36,635 nt of DNA from a virus (IMGVR_UViG_3300032257_000565:1-36635), one strand, 5' to 3'. Shown: positions 9,444 to 18,489, counted from the stretch's first letter. Notes: generated by a model from the letters alone, not told the origin. Made by a program: numbers and translations.

Positions 9444-10913
9444 TTAGCGACGAAACTGAACTTGCTGGGCATGCACTCGATATTGGCTAACCAACTGAGG
9501 TGAATCTTGCACATTTAAACGGTTAGGGTCACCGGCATCAATGTTCACAACCAGAGTAGCTTTATAACCTTCATAATCTTGCACCCAGCCATCGTTTTCC
9601 ATTAGCGCATAAAGGCCAAGTAATTCAGCTTTTGCAATGTTAGGCTTCATTACAGCCTGGCCTGCACCGGTGCGCGCATTGTCACCCGCCAATTTATGGC
9701 GAGGGTATTTCAACCCAAACAATGAGCGTTGCTCAAAGCGAATACGTTCAAGTGTTTCAGGTGTGTTTATATCAAGGTATGAGTCGTCAGCAATGCCTGC
9801 ACCGTTTGTTTGGTACGTTGTTACTTGGCGCTCAATTGAAACCGAGCCATCAGCCGCCACTTTATAAGTCGCCATGCCATCATACAAAAGCGTGTTACGT
9901 TCAGTGTTAGACCACCGATCTTGAATCGCCGGAGCAAGCACCCCTGTTAGCGTTAATGTTTGCAATGGCCGCGCAGGGTCAATGGCCAAAGAGGCTCCCG
10001 CAATAACCGCATTTACCGCCGCCCAAATATAAGGCGGTGTGGGTGATGTGTTAATGGCCATGCACGTCACATGCGGGTTGTTACGCGCGTTACCAAATGT
10101 AGAGCTGGCACCTAGTGTGCCACTAAACGCGGCAAACGCACGGCCACCAATTTGTCGCATTGGCCCCCAACGATCATCAAGCTCAGTTTCAAGCAAGGCT
10201 AAGTTAGCAACATCGGTGTAAGGCATTACTACCCAGTTGTACCATTCATCTGCCATGGCCGTAATTGCAGTTGAAATATTTGGGTTAGTTGCACCGGCAG
10301 CCATAGCCCCAAATGCAATCGCAATTCCTGCCGGGGTTTGCTCACCATAATAATTTTCACGCAAGTCAATATCATTTCCGGTTTCGCCATTCCAACGGCA
10401 AGTTAAATCAACCTGGTTACTATTTACACCGTTAACAAGCGCAGTAACGGGCAGTGTTGTGTTGGCATTAATCGCCGCAATAATGGCAGTGGTTACCGCA
10501 TCTTGTGAGTCGCCATTACTTACCGCAACAGATACTTTTTGCCCAGCAATATAAAGCTGAATGCTGCCATTTTCAGTAATGGCACCGGTTGTAGTAATAG
10601 TGCCTGCAGCCGCTGCACCACCACCGTCTTCATCTAATGCAATGCCCCATACTTCCATAAACTGGTTTGCATTTTTAAGCGCCTTAATTTGCTCGGCTAT
10701 CATTGAGCCGCGGCCCCAATATTTCTCTGCATCATCAACACTGGTTACTAATGTCGGCACGCCTTCAGCAACAGTGCCCGCTGCCAAACGCTGGCCAATA
10801 ACCAGTACTTTATAATTAACGCCAGAGTTACCCGCCAATGAATTATCAAATTCAATATAAACACCGGGTATACGCAAGTTGGGTGGAATGTTGTTAAATG
10901 AAATGCTAGGCAT
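9444..10913 (-). CDS. Contractile tail sheath protein, Mu gpL-like
   Basis: ISFNNIP.NLRIPGVYIEFDNS, GRGSM, DPARPLQTL, YPRHKLA. Confidence 0.96.
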   Translation of the reverse strand: MPSISFNNIPPNLRIPGVYIEFDNSLAGNSGVNYKVLVIGQRLAAGTVAEGVPTLVTSVDDAEKYWGRGSMIAEQIKALKNANQFMEVWGIALDEDGGGAAAAGTITTTGAITENGSIQLYIAGQKVSVAVSNGDSQDAVTTAIIAAINANTTLPVTALVNGVNSNQVDLTCRWNGETGNDIDLRENYYGEQTPAGIAIAFGAMAAGATNPNISTAITAMADEWYNWVVMPYTDVANLALLETELDDRWGPMRQIGGRAFAAFSGTLGASSTFGNARNNPHVTCMAINTSPTPPYIWAAVNAVIAGASLAIDPARPLQTLTLTGVLAPAIQDRWSNTERNTLLYDGMATYKVAADGSVSIERQVTTYQTNGAGIADDSYLDINTPETLERIRFEQRSLFGLKYPRHKLAGDNARTGAGQAVMKPNIAKAELLGLYALMENDGWVQDYEGYKATLVVNIDAGDPNRLNVQDSPQLVSQYRVHAQQVQFRR

Positions 10914-10919
10914 AATTTA

Positions 10920-11126
10920 TTACTCCGAGTCAATATTAGGTTTAGTGGCTGTAGCAGTTATTTTTTTAATTTTCGTTACGGTTTCAATATCGCCGTCATT
11001 TAAACGGCGCTGCCAGTAACTATTGTTTGGCACTTCGTCACCGTTTATGGGTAAAACCTGATTATTTTTTTCAGGCATTCGCACAATGGTGTTTTTGTTT
11101 TTTGGTTTTACTTTTAATGTGTTCAC
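10920..11126 (-). CDS. Mu gp38 (DUF2635)-like protein
   Basis: V.MPE....LP..G.EVP.NSYWQRRLNDGD; just upstream of the sheath. Confidence 0.9.
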   Translation of the reverse strand: MNTLKVKPKNKNTIVRMPEKNNQVLPINGDEVPNNSYWQRRLNDGDIETVTKIKKITATATKPNIDSE

Positions 11127-11141
11127 GGTTTTTTAATCCTC

Positions 11142-11684
11142 TTATTGATCTAGTATTACTAAATCTTGTGCAGCGGGTTCATCATTACCCGGTGCCATTG
11201 AGTGGTCTGCACTGTAAGTAATAAAATCATCGAGTTGAGTTAAATCGGCTTGATATTCAATCGGCATAGGCAAACTAAATGTAGCGGCATAAAGGGTTAC
11301 ACCTTCTTTATCTAAACCGGTCGAAAATAAGTTTTGTACTTGCTTAAATTTTAGTGACCCCACGTCAGGTATATTGTGCTCGTGCACTACGGGTAATAAA
11401 ATATCTATTAAATCATAAGCGCCCATTACTCTCGCATCACCAACCCGGCGCTGCACTTCATCGCCTAATGCGGTTACCATATACATGGCCCATATGCCGT
11501 CTATTTCATCACCCCGGCCACGGGGGCCACCTAAAAATGCAAAATACACAGCAGGTGATGCAGCCATTAAAATTTTAAGTAGTTCTTTGTTTAGTGCGCC
11601 GGGTAATGATTTAACTTCTTTTAATTTATTTGGCAAAGTGCTTTTAACCAATGCAATTAAATTATCTTCAATAGTTTTAATCAA
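11142..11684 (-). CDS. Tail terminator/neck protein, Mu gp37 (DUF1834)-like
   Basis: I..IED.LI, PAVYFAFLGG, GAYDL, V.NLF, LDDF; synteny. Confidence 0.85.
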   Translation of the reverse strand: MIKTIEDNLIALVKSTLPNKLKEVKSLPGALNKELLKILMAASPAVYFAFLGGPRGRGDEIDGIWAMYMVTALGDEVQRRVGDARVMGAYDLIDILLPVVHEHNIPDVGSLKFKQVQNLFSTGLDKEGVTLYAATFSLPMPIEYQADLTQLDDFITYSADHSMAPGNDEPAAQDLVILDQ

Positions 11685-12124
11685 TTGAGTGCCTCACTTA
11701 AAAAGCCTTCTACAATGCCATTAATTTCAGCATCGTCGTCATCGGTTAACCCGAGAAAAGGGCGAGCAACAATATCAACCGATTTATTGCGCCCAGCTTT
11801 ACCACCAAACTGGTGAATCGCGGCATATACCATGTCGCTGCCTTGCTCTACACCCGAACCATCGAGGAAAACAATATATGTAAGTGAATCGCGTAGATGC
11901 CCAGCTTTAACTAATGTTTTACCGCCTTTAGTTTTCGCGCGTTCACTTTCTTGCCAAACATTTCCATCAGGGCCGATACCATCTTTAAAACGTTGATGAG
12001 CCTCTGATGTTAAGTGCTGGCCAATTTCATCAAACATTGAAAAAGCATTAAATTTTTCAATACTCTTCAATGCATTTTGTGCAATCAAATCATCAATTTT
12101 AAATTCAAGCTTTACACTAGCCAT
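11681..12124 (-). CDS. Virion morphogenesis protein, Mu gpG-like
   Basis: GPDG..W, L...G.LRDS, YAAIHQFGG, ARPFLGL. Confidence 0.93.
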   Translation of the reverse strand: MASVKLEFKIDDLIAQNALKSIEKFNAFSMFDEIGQHLTSEAHQRFKDGIGPDGNVWQESERAKTKGGKTLVKAGHLRDSLTYIVFLDGSGVEQGSDMVYAAIHQFGGKAGRNKSVDIVARPFLGLTDDDDAEINGIVEGFLSEALN

Positions 12125-12618
12125 TAATATGTGCCCCAGTCTGTTTTACTGTTTCCCTGGCGAGAAACCATTCGGCCAGGAGCCGAAGCAACGCTTGTGT
12201 CTAACTCACCTAAACTCGCTTTGTTCATTGAAATATCACGCAGCCAACGCCGTGCATCATCTTTACGGCTTTCAACTTCTTCAGTCGCGCGGTTATCGCT
12301 TAATTTATAACGCACAATATCATTGCAAAATTCAGGTAATGAGCTGGCATCAATAAAGGCTTGGCCAAGGGGTAGTGGGTAGCGCTGGCTAATGTATGAA
12401 TCTATTAAACGCTCAGCAGAGCCAATAGCTGTTTGTAAATTAACCAATGCTTGGTCAGCATCTGCAATATCTTGTGCTGAGTAAGCCGAGCGGTCGCCTG
12501 CCGTTACAGTTAAACGTAATAAAGTGTTATCAATATTTGGGTATTCAGGTGCGGCAAGTAATGCCATTTCTGTGTCGCCAAATTGATCGAGTAATTTAGT
12601 TGGTGTTGTGTATGGCAT
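12124..12618 (-). CDS. Head-tail connector, Mu gp36 (DUF1320)-like
   Basis: MPY.T, IDSYISQRYPLPL, C.DIVRYKL, R..DA..WL. Confidence 0.9.
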   Translation of the reverse strand: MPYTTPTKLLDQFGDTEMALLAAPEYPNIDNTLLRLTVTAGDRSAYSAQDIADADQALVNLQTAIGSAERLIDSYISQRYPLPLGQAFIDASSLPEFCNDIVRYKLSDNRATEEVESRKDDARRWLRDISMNKASLGELDTSVASAPGRMVSRQGNSKTDWGTY

Positions 12619-12633
12619 ATTTTAAGTGCTCAT

Positions 12634-14106
12634 TTATGCATCAAGTGTTTTTGCATTAACGGTTGAGTTAACTGCACTTAAACTCGTTGGCATATTGCCT
12701 GTTTGGTTTTCAGAAATTCGCCAGCCCATAACGTGAGTTTCGTCTTCAAACAAAACGTTAAAATCAGCATAACGTTCAGCCGTTTCATTGTGCATATCAA
12801 TAATTAAAAACCACATGTGAGAATATTTAGGGGCTGAGGCCACTTGTAAAATATTATTTAAATCGGGCAACCAAACACACTCACAATCGTTACCTCTAAA
12901 GCCCGTCACAATATCAGGGTGTAACCGATGGTTGGCTGTGCCGGTTAGTGAGCCTGAAAATATTTGCATAAACTCTTCAGTTACATTGGTGCCGCTTGCT
13001 TGCTTTCTAAAAGTTTTTGCCATTGCGTGATGTTTATCACCATGGCAGCAAACAAGTTTTGTGCCATCATCTATTACCTGCTTCATTAAGCCTTTAGCGG
13101 TTAACGAACCATCGTGCACATACAAGTCTTCAAATTCATTTTGGTTTGAATCAAATAACTGGTCCTGGTCACCAAGCTCATCAGGCGTCCATCCAAATGT
13201 CGGTGGTAACATGTTTCTTAAACCATTTGCATTGCACATGATTTTTAGCCAACTTGAATCAGTCGCATTTAAAATATCTTGAATTTGTGTAGCACCATAA
13301 AATGACGGGGTTCCATTACTAATTGAGCTATCAGCTAATGAGCAACGGTCAGGGCTAATAAACTGAACTGAACCAATGGTTGAAACCCAGGCTCTGTGTG
13401 TAGGGTCTAAGTAATCAGGTGAAAGTGCACCGTAAAAATTATCCCAGGCATTACCTGCGTTAACTCTTATAGTTTCGTTTGTGTTGCCCACTTGTTCAAA
13501 GCCATTTTTAAACTCATGATCGCCAAGCTGGCATAAATATAATCGGTTTTGATATGACCATTGGCGGTGAGGTGATCGGCCAGCAGTGCTTGAGGTTGAG
13601 TTATCGGCTAACAACCCTAGCATTGCTAAGTAGCAAATTGAATAAGCTGCCTCTGTTTGCACCACACCTACAACACCACCGGTTGAAAGGCCCGTGCCTG
13701 TAGTGTCATCAACCGTTTCAATATCGGCATATAAGTTGTCATCAATGTGCGTAACTAAATCAATATCTTGCTTATTTAAAACGGGGTACATTCCATCGCT
13801 GCCAGAATCACATGAAACAAATGCTGACTTAATATTTTTATCAGCATTAGGTAATGTTTTAGGGGTACTGGTTAACGTGTAATTATTTTGTGAAATGCTA
13901 AGTGAGTAAACTGTATCAGCACTTAAATTATTAACATCATGCACACCGCGATAATATAAACCACTTAATTTAGATTCCATCACAACATCAGTTTTTATAT
14001 TGTTAATAAAAACCGATGCACTACCTGCAACTAAACTCCAAATAACAATGCGCATACCGGTTGATGCCGGTCGGCCAAGCCTAAATGCAAAAGGTAACTG
14101 GGACAT
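12634..14106 (-). CDS. PhoD-like (alkaline phosphatase D superfamily) metallophosphoesterase, no export signal
   Basis: Ordered motifs: Fn3-like V.NL.ADT.Y, KTLP, AFVSC, DLVTHIDDNLYAD, GDHEF.N, G..Q, WLKI, HGDKH; start taken at ATG 14106 (ORF open to 14124). Confidence 0.78.
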   Translation of the reverse strand: MSQLPFAFRLGRPASTGMRIVIWSLVAGSASVFINNIKTDVVMESKLSGLYYRGVHDVNNLSADTVYSLSISQNNYTLTSTPKTLPNADKNIKSAFVSCDSGSDGMYPVLNKQDIDLVTHIDDNLYADIETVDDTTGTGLSTGGVVGVVQTEAAYSICYLAMLGLLADNSTSSTAGRSPHRQWSYQNRLYLCQLGDHEFKNGFEQVGNTNETIRVNAGNAWDNFYGALSPDYLDPTHRAWVSTIGSVQFISPDRCSLADSSISNGTPSFYGATQIQDILNATDSSWLKIMCNANGLRNMLPPTFGWTPDELGDQDQLFDSNQNEFEDLYVHDGSLTAKGLMKQVIDDGTKLVCCHGDKHHAMAKTFRKQASGTNVTEEFMQIFSGSLTGTANHRLHPDIVTGFRGNDCECVWLPDLNNILQVASAPKYSHMWFLIIDMHNETAERYADFNVLFEDETHVMGWRISENQTGNMPTSLSAVNSTVNAKTLDA

Positions 14107-14108
14107 AC

Positions 14109-14732
14109 TTAAAGCACTTCCCATAATTTAACAGATTTAATTTCAGAGGCACCATCATCCACACTTGATAACGGGCGAAACCCAATAGCAGCATTGGTTA
14201 ACGCACCCGATGAGCCGGTATCTGAAACCCCATCCACACCACGGTCAAAAACCCAGGCCGATAGGCCATCATTACCCGCTTTGTGTAAAAACTTTAAAGT
14301 AACTATTCCGTTGTCTGGAATTTTAAAAGAGGCACCTGAAACACCGACACCTTCATTCGCATTGGCTTTTCTTTTTACTAGCGTAAGTGTTGCTGTGTTA
14401 GTGCCGTTACCATCACCTATAACCGATACGCGCCATGACTCATTATTAAGCCCCCCGTTTTCAGCAATGCCTACACGCTGCACTCCCTCTTCCGTGATGA
14501 AAATATCAACTTCGCCAAATACATTAAGTGATTTAAAATCAACTTGAATTTCATTATTGGCTGAGCCAGCAATCATGCCATTATCGCCGTATTCCCACGC
14601 ACCATTCGTGACTAACCAGTTAGCATCAATAACATTATTATCTGGCTTTCGCCCATCCACGTCTTCGCCTAGAGTGCCAGCTATAGCATCGCTAAAAATT
14701 AATGTTTTGGCCTCGTTAACAACGGTATCCAT
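14109..14732 (-). CDS. Hypothetical beta-rich protein, possible lectin-like virion accessory
   Basis: 207 aa Gly/Asn/Asp-rich with Trp-containing strands; start overlaps upstream stop. Confidence 0.55.
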   Translation of the reverse strand: MDTVVNEAKTLIFSDAIAGTLGEDVDGRKPDNNVIDANWLVTNGAWEYGDNGMIAGSANNEIQVDFKSLNVFGEVDIFITEEGVQRVGIAENGGLNNESWRVSVIGDGNGTNTATLTLVKRKANANEGVGVSGASFKIPDNGIVTLKFLHKAGNDGLSAWVFDRGVDGVSDTGSSGALTNAAIGFRPLSSVDDGASEIKSVKLWEVL

Positions 14733-15259
14733 TACAACGCTCCCATAAATACATTATTGTTAGCAGCCGCTGCATCAATGGAGGCCATGTCACAGCGTGT
14801 TATTTTTCCGCCATACAATTTAATAACTGTCCATTTATCAACAGGGCAGTAAATCCACTTGTTTGAACCATTTGGTGCTTGGTTGGGTATTAATTTAGTT
14901 AACGCATCATTTGTATCAACGCTATTAAGGCATAACATAATGCCTTTAAAGTTTTGAATTGAGTCAAGGCCATCAGCACCAACAATAGAATTTGATTGTG
15001 GGTAAACCGATAAAATATTTATGTCATCAACTTCAGCCCAAAATTTTGTGACAATGTTGGCCACATTTAAAACGGTTGGCCATGTTGTAAAACTCGGCAC
15101 ATTATTATGAAATCGTGATTTTTCAATAGCAAAATCTGACGGTAGTTTTCCGCCAAAACCCCACAGGTCAGAAACTAAAATATTATGATCTAAATCACCA
15201 CGGGGGTTTTTACTTTCAAAGTTGCCCGGAGATGTCTCTACGTTTATATGCATAACCAA
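14732..15259 (-). CDS. Hypothetical protein in the head operon
   Basis: 175 aa ORF with AGG RBS, 8 nt after the upstream gene, TAATG coupling to the next. Confidence 0.7.
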   Translation of the reverse strand: MVMHINVETSPGNFESKNPRGDLDHNILVSDLWGFGGKLPSDFAIEKSRFHNNVPSFTTWPTVLNVANIVTKFWAEVDDINILSVYPQSNSIVGADGLDSIQNFKGIMLCLNSVDTNDALTKLIPNQAPNGSNKWIYCPVDKWTVIKLYGGKITRCDMASIDAAAANNNVFMGAL

Positions 15260-15267
15260 CCTATTTA

Positions 15268-15705
15268 TTAACTATTAATTAGTGCCCAAACATAATCACG
15301 CTCACCTTTTAAAAAGGTTTCACCCGACGCTTTATTAAGTGCTCGCAGCGCTGGGCTTTTATCTTTATCCCAATGCGATTTAATGGTTGGGTCAAGCTGA
15401 GTAATTGCGTTTTTTAATGATGAAATACGCTCGGCATTTGGCGTATCTTTGTTAACATTACTAGCCGGTGCTTTAGCAATATCGACAATATTACTATTAT
15501 CGGCTGCACTATCATCAGCGCCTTTTTCCGCTTCATTAAAATCAGCATCTTCATCAAAGTAGCCGTTAACATCAGTAGCTGAACCGGCATCAATTAATGC
15601 CTTTGCTTGTGTTTCACTATCAATAGTGAATTCTTCTTTATGAATAATTTCACCGTCAAATTTAATAGGGTTGCAGGCGAATAAATTAATAGCTATTTTT
15701 GGCAT
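15268..15705 (-). CDS. Post-capsid protein, Mu gp35-position
   Basis: Acidic linker plus C-terminal LD.....HW..D.SP...AL....G......ERD.VW module; GAGG RBS. Confidence 0.65.
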   Translation of the reverse strand: MPKIAINLFACNPIKFDGEIIHKEEFTIDSETQAKALIDAGSATDVNGYFDEDADFNEAEKGADDSAADNSNIVDIAKAPASNVNKDTPNAERISSLKNAITQLDPTIKSHWDKDKSPALRALNKASGETFLKGERDYVWALINS

Positions 15706-15729
15706 AAAAACCTCGATTGTTGTTTTAGT

Positions 15730-15763
15730 ATTTATCCTGGGCTTTATTTTGCCCAGGATAAAT
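15730..15763. terminator. Perfect 13-bp hairpin downstream of the capsid gene
   Basis: ATTTATCCTGGGC-8nt-GCCCAGGATAAAT; T-rich tail only on the + strand. Confidence 0.55.
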
Positions 15764-15789
15764 GCTTTACTTTTCGTAGTGGATTATTT

Positions 15790-16719
15790 TTACGCGACTG
15801 CGTTTTTAATAATGAAGCCTGCAGTAATGCCTGTAAGAACTGGGGCGCGCTCATGGCTCATGCCGTATACCCAGCTTCGTGCATCTTCATCCCAGTGCGG
15901 CACTTCAACCATTGGGTGACCTTCCATTTGGTAAGTGAAACCAAAGCTAGGCTCTTCCGCACCCATCGCATCAGTTGGCGAGTAACTTAATACCGCATCT
16001 TTACCCCAAATATCAATACTAGTGCCCGCGTCATCAAAGCCAATTGCTTTACCAACAACCACTCGCTCTACCTTGAAAATGGCGGCCAGTAAATCTTCAG
16101 TTACAACACCGGTTTGTGTGTATTTAATTTTATCTAAAATGGCTGGGTGATCTTCCAGCTGCTCCATTACTTTTGCCGATATCTCCAAAACATTAGGGTA
16201 TACACCAATGGATGAACGAACCGCTTCTCGGCCTGCTTTAACATCACCAATTGGGTCTGAGTTAGCATAATCATTCCACTGCTCATTACCGACCAATGTC
16301 ACCTGATGATTTGCATCATAGTTAGCCAAATTAGTTGCAATGCCCGCTTGCTGATTTTCCAGAATTAGCGCGCCACTTTTTAATACCAAGTTAACCGCAC
16401 GGGTGGCTAAATTAATGTTAGGCACAACACTGGCATCACGCATGTGCTCGCGCGGCACTACCGCATCTAGTGCGTGGTTTTCGAGTGCATAAGGCTTACC
16501 CTGATGACCAAACGTTGCACGCTTCGCTTTGGTACCCGGCGCACGAGCCGTGTTATATAAATGAAATGACTTTTTATCGAACTCAATAATCTTGCCACCT
16601 GTTTGAGCAACTGGCACAACAGGGAACAAAATACTACCAACATGATCGGGGTGTTTATAACCCAGTGATACGCGGGAAAGTATGGGGTCGATAACTTGAT
16701 TTTGTGATGAATTAGGCAT
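15790..16719 (-). CDS. Major capsid protein
   Basis: 309 aa; VIDPILS....GY, LFP.VPV, T.RAPG, SDPI.D, EPSFGFTY; follows protease and cement genes. Confidence 0.9.
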   Translation of the reverse strand: MPNSSQNQVIDPILSRVSLGYKHPDHVGSILFPVVPVAQTGGKIIEFDKKSFHLYNTARAPGTKAKRATFGHQGKPYALENHALDAVVPREHMRDASVVPNINLATRAVNLVLKSGALILENQQAGIATNLANYDANHQVTLVGNEQWNDYANSDPIGDVKAGREAVRSSIGVYPNVLEISAKVMEQLEDHPAILDKIKYTQTGVVTEDLLAAIFKVERVVVGKAIGFDDAGTSIDIWGKDAVLSYSPTDAMGAEEPSFGFTYQMEGHPMVEVPHWDEDARSWVYGMSHERAPVLTGITAGFIIKNAVA

Positions 16720-16789
16720 GATTACGTGTCTCCGTTAAATCGCCGTTAATTTAAATTTAAATACGTTTCAAATAAGGTTTAAAGCGCTT

Positions 16790-17131
16790 TTACTTTGGCA
16801 ATAAAAATACTTCAAGTTTGTCACCGGCGGCACCGGCACTTTGCATAGCACGGGCAACCGCAACACCGACGGCGAGTGTAACCAACTGCCCATTAGCTCC
16901 CACCTCAAGCAGCGCATTTTTTGCAATGGCAGCACCGGCTTCGCCAATGGATGTGCCTAAAACATCTACGCCAACTTGCGAGCCAATAGCAGGTGCATCT
17001 TCAGTTGTTAAACCAAAACCGGCAGTGGCGGCGGTTGAATAATTTCCGTCCTGGTCAACCATGCGGTTTTCAAGCACAAGTGCAGCTGCAACAATTGACA
17101 GGGTTAAAATTGGGTATTTAGTGACGGGCAT
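16790..17131 (-). CDS. Capsid cement/decoration protein (DUF2190-like)
   Basis: Small Ala/Gly-rich; EAGAAI...A.L..GANG, A.A.Q.A.AAGD.LEVFL. Confidence 0.82.
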   Translation of the reverse strand: MPVTKYPILTLSIVAAALVLENRMVDQDGNYSTAATAGFGLTTEDAPAIGSQVGVDVLGTSIGEAGAAIAKNALLEVGANGQLVTLAVGVAVARAMQSAGAAGDKLEVFLLPK

Positions 17132-17184
17132 AATTTTTTACCTATATATAATGAGTCGGGTTAACGCTGTGGGTTAATTAGTAA

Positions 17185-17703
17185 TTACGAAACAGCCACT
17201 ACGGCTTCAACATAATCACAGTTGTTTTGTTTCATATAATCTTCAGCCTTGTTATGCAGCTGCAGGCGATCGGCATCAACTACTGCGCCCTTGGGGGCAT
17301 TAAAGCTTAAGGCTGCATTTGTGTTTAACGCATCCCCCGCATCTGATTCGTCCATATCAACCTGCTTAGGCAACTGCTTTGCAAATTCTTTAAACCAGTC
17401 GATGGGTGATTTTTTAACATCTGTTTTTTTATCGCCTTCGCCCTGGCTAAATTCAAACTCTGCTTCACCGCCCGACAATGAGGCCATAAACTCAACCAAC
17501 CCAGTGGCCATTGCCGGAGTAAGCTTTCCCTCATTCATAAGGTCATCAGCATATTTTTGATACTGAATGGCTAGTTTTTCATCGAGGCTTTTTTTAAGAT
17601 CGCTTTGCAGCTTATCTTTTTCAGCACTAAAAGATGACACAGCCTTAGTGGCTGCATCTTTTTGTAACTGCATAATTTGCTCTTCGGTATATTCTTTCGG
17701 CAC
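17185..17703 (-). CDS. Putative nested in-frame scaffold protein (gpZ-like)
   Basis: GGAGA 7 nt upstream of in-frame GTG at 17703, at the start of the helical region. Confidence 0.6.
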   Translation of the reverse strand: MPKEYTEEQIMQLQKDAATKAVSSFSAEKDKLQSDLKKSLDEKLAIQYQKYADDLMNEGKLTPAMATGLVEFMASLSGGEAEFEFSQGEGDKKTDVKKSPIDWFKEFAKQLPKQVDMDESDAGDALNTNAALSFNAPKGAVVDADRLQLHNKAEDYMKQNNCDYVEAVVAVS

Positions 17704-18330
17704 GGGGCTATCTCCGTTAGGTTTATTAAATAGGGATTCGTCTTCAGGGTTTAAGCGTTTTTCAATTGCCGATTCAGTTAAACCCTCAATTTCATAATCG
17801 GGCATTACCTGGTCAGCGGTTTCAATATCAAATTGGGTAATAAGAAATTCGCGCAAGCGGCGAAAGGTGCGGGCAATAACACTTGTGGTATAAGCTTCGC
17901 TCATAAACTCAAAGCTCTCACCATCATCTTTACTAAACGCCACTGGCTTTAAACCTTCAATGGCAGGCGCAGCAGCACCCAACCAACCAACATGATTTAA
18001 GTTCCAGCCGTTATCGTTTTTAGTGATTCTGATAGAGCGATTAGGAAAGCGTTTATTTTCAACCATGTCGCTAAAGCTTTTATCTACATCAGAAAACTTA
18101 GCCAGCAAAATGTCGCCGGTGCGTTTTAAGCTTTGCGTCCATCCATAAGAAGGGTCATCCGCTTTTGGGTGGCCAATAACAGCCGGGGCTGATTTATGGT
18201 TAGCAATTATTTGGTCTAGGTCATCGTTAGTAAAGTTTTGCGTGGTTCCGTCAGATGAAGTTTGTTCGCCCGAGCGAAACACTTCTATAAAATCGTCAAA
18301 ACCTTTGAAATCTTTATTTGTATTTGGCAT
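17185..18330 (-). CDS. Prohead protease/scaffold, Mu gpI(Z)-like
   Basis: IEVFRSG, APAVIGHP..DDPSYGW, NRSI, L.HVGWLGAAAPAIEGL; coiled-coil C-terminal half. Confidence 0.9.
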   Translation of the reverse strand: MPNTNKDFKGFDDFIEVFRSGEQTSSDGTTQNFTNDDLDQIIANHKSAPAVIGHPKADDPSYGWTQSLKRTGDILLAKFSDVDKSFSDMVENKRFPNRSIRITKNDNGWNLNHVGWLGAAAPAIEGLKPVAFSKDDGESFEFMSEAYTTSVIARTFRRLREFLITQFDIETADQVMPDYEIEGLTESAIEKRLNPEDESLFNKPNGDSPVPKEYTEEQIMQLQKDAATKAVSSFSAEKDKLQSDLKKSLDEKLAIQYQKYADDLMNEGKLTPAMATGLVEFMASLSGGEAEFEFSQGEGDKKTDVKKSPIDWFKEFAKQLPKQVDMDESDAGDALNTNAALSFNAPKGAVVDADRLQLHNKAEDYMKQNNCDYVEAVVAVS

Positions 18331-18337
18331 GCCCTGA

Positions 18338-18387
18338 AGTTTGGGGCATAGGCAGAAAATGTATTAGAGAGGAAAAACGTCTCCCCT
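18338..18387 (-). promoter_or_regulatory. Putative Mor/C-activated late promoter for the head-tail arm
   Basis: AGGGGAGACGTTTTTCCTCTCT, 22 nt, CAAACT, 7 nt, ATG; same geometry as at 29857-29914. Confidence 0.65.
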
Positions 18388-18489
18388 GAAAATCAGTTGA
18401 CTGATATTAATAGGGTAACGCACAAAAAACAGGGCGACAAGCATCAACGGCTGAATATTTGAAAAGCGCACCTATAAACGCGCAAGCAA

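Noticed and set aside
1694-17797. Many plus-strand ORFs of 60-140 aa opposite the structural genes
   Set aside because: Shadow frames of well-supported minus-strand genes; Ser/Pro/Ala-rich, no motifs
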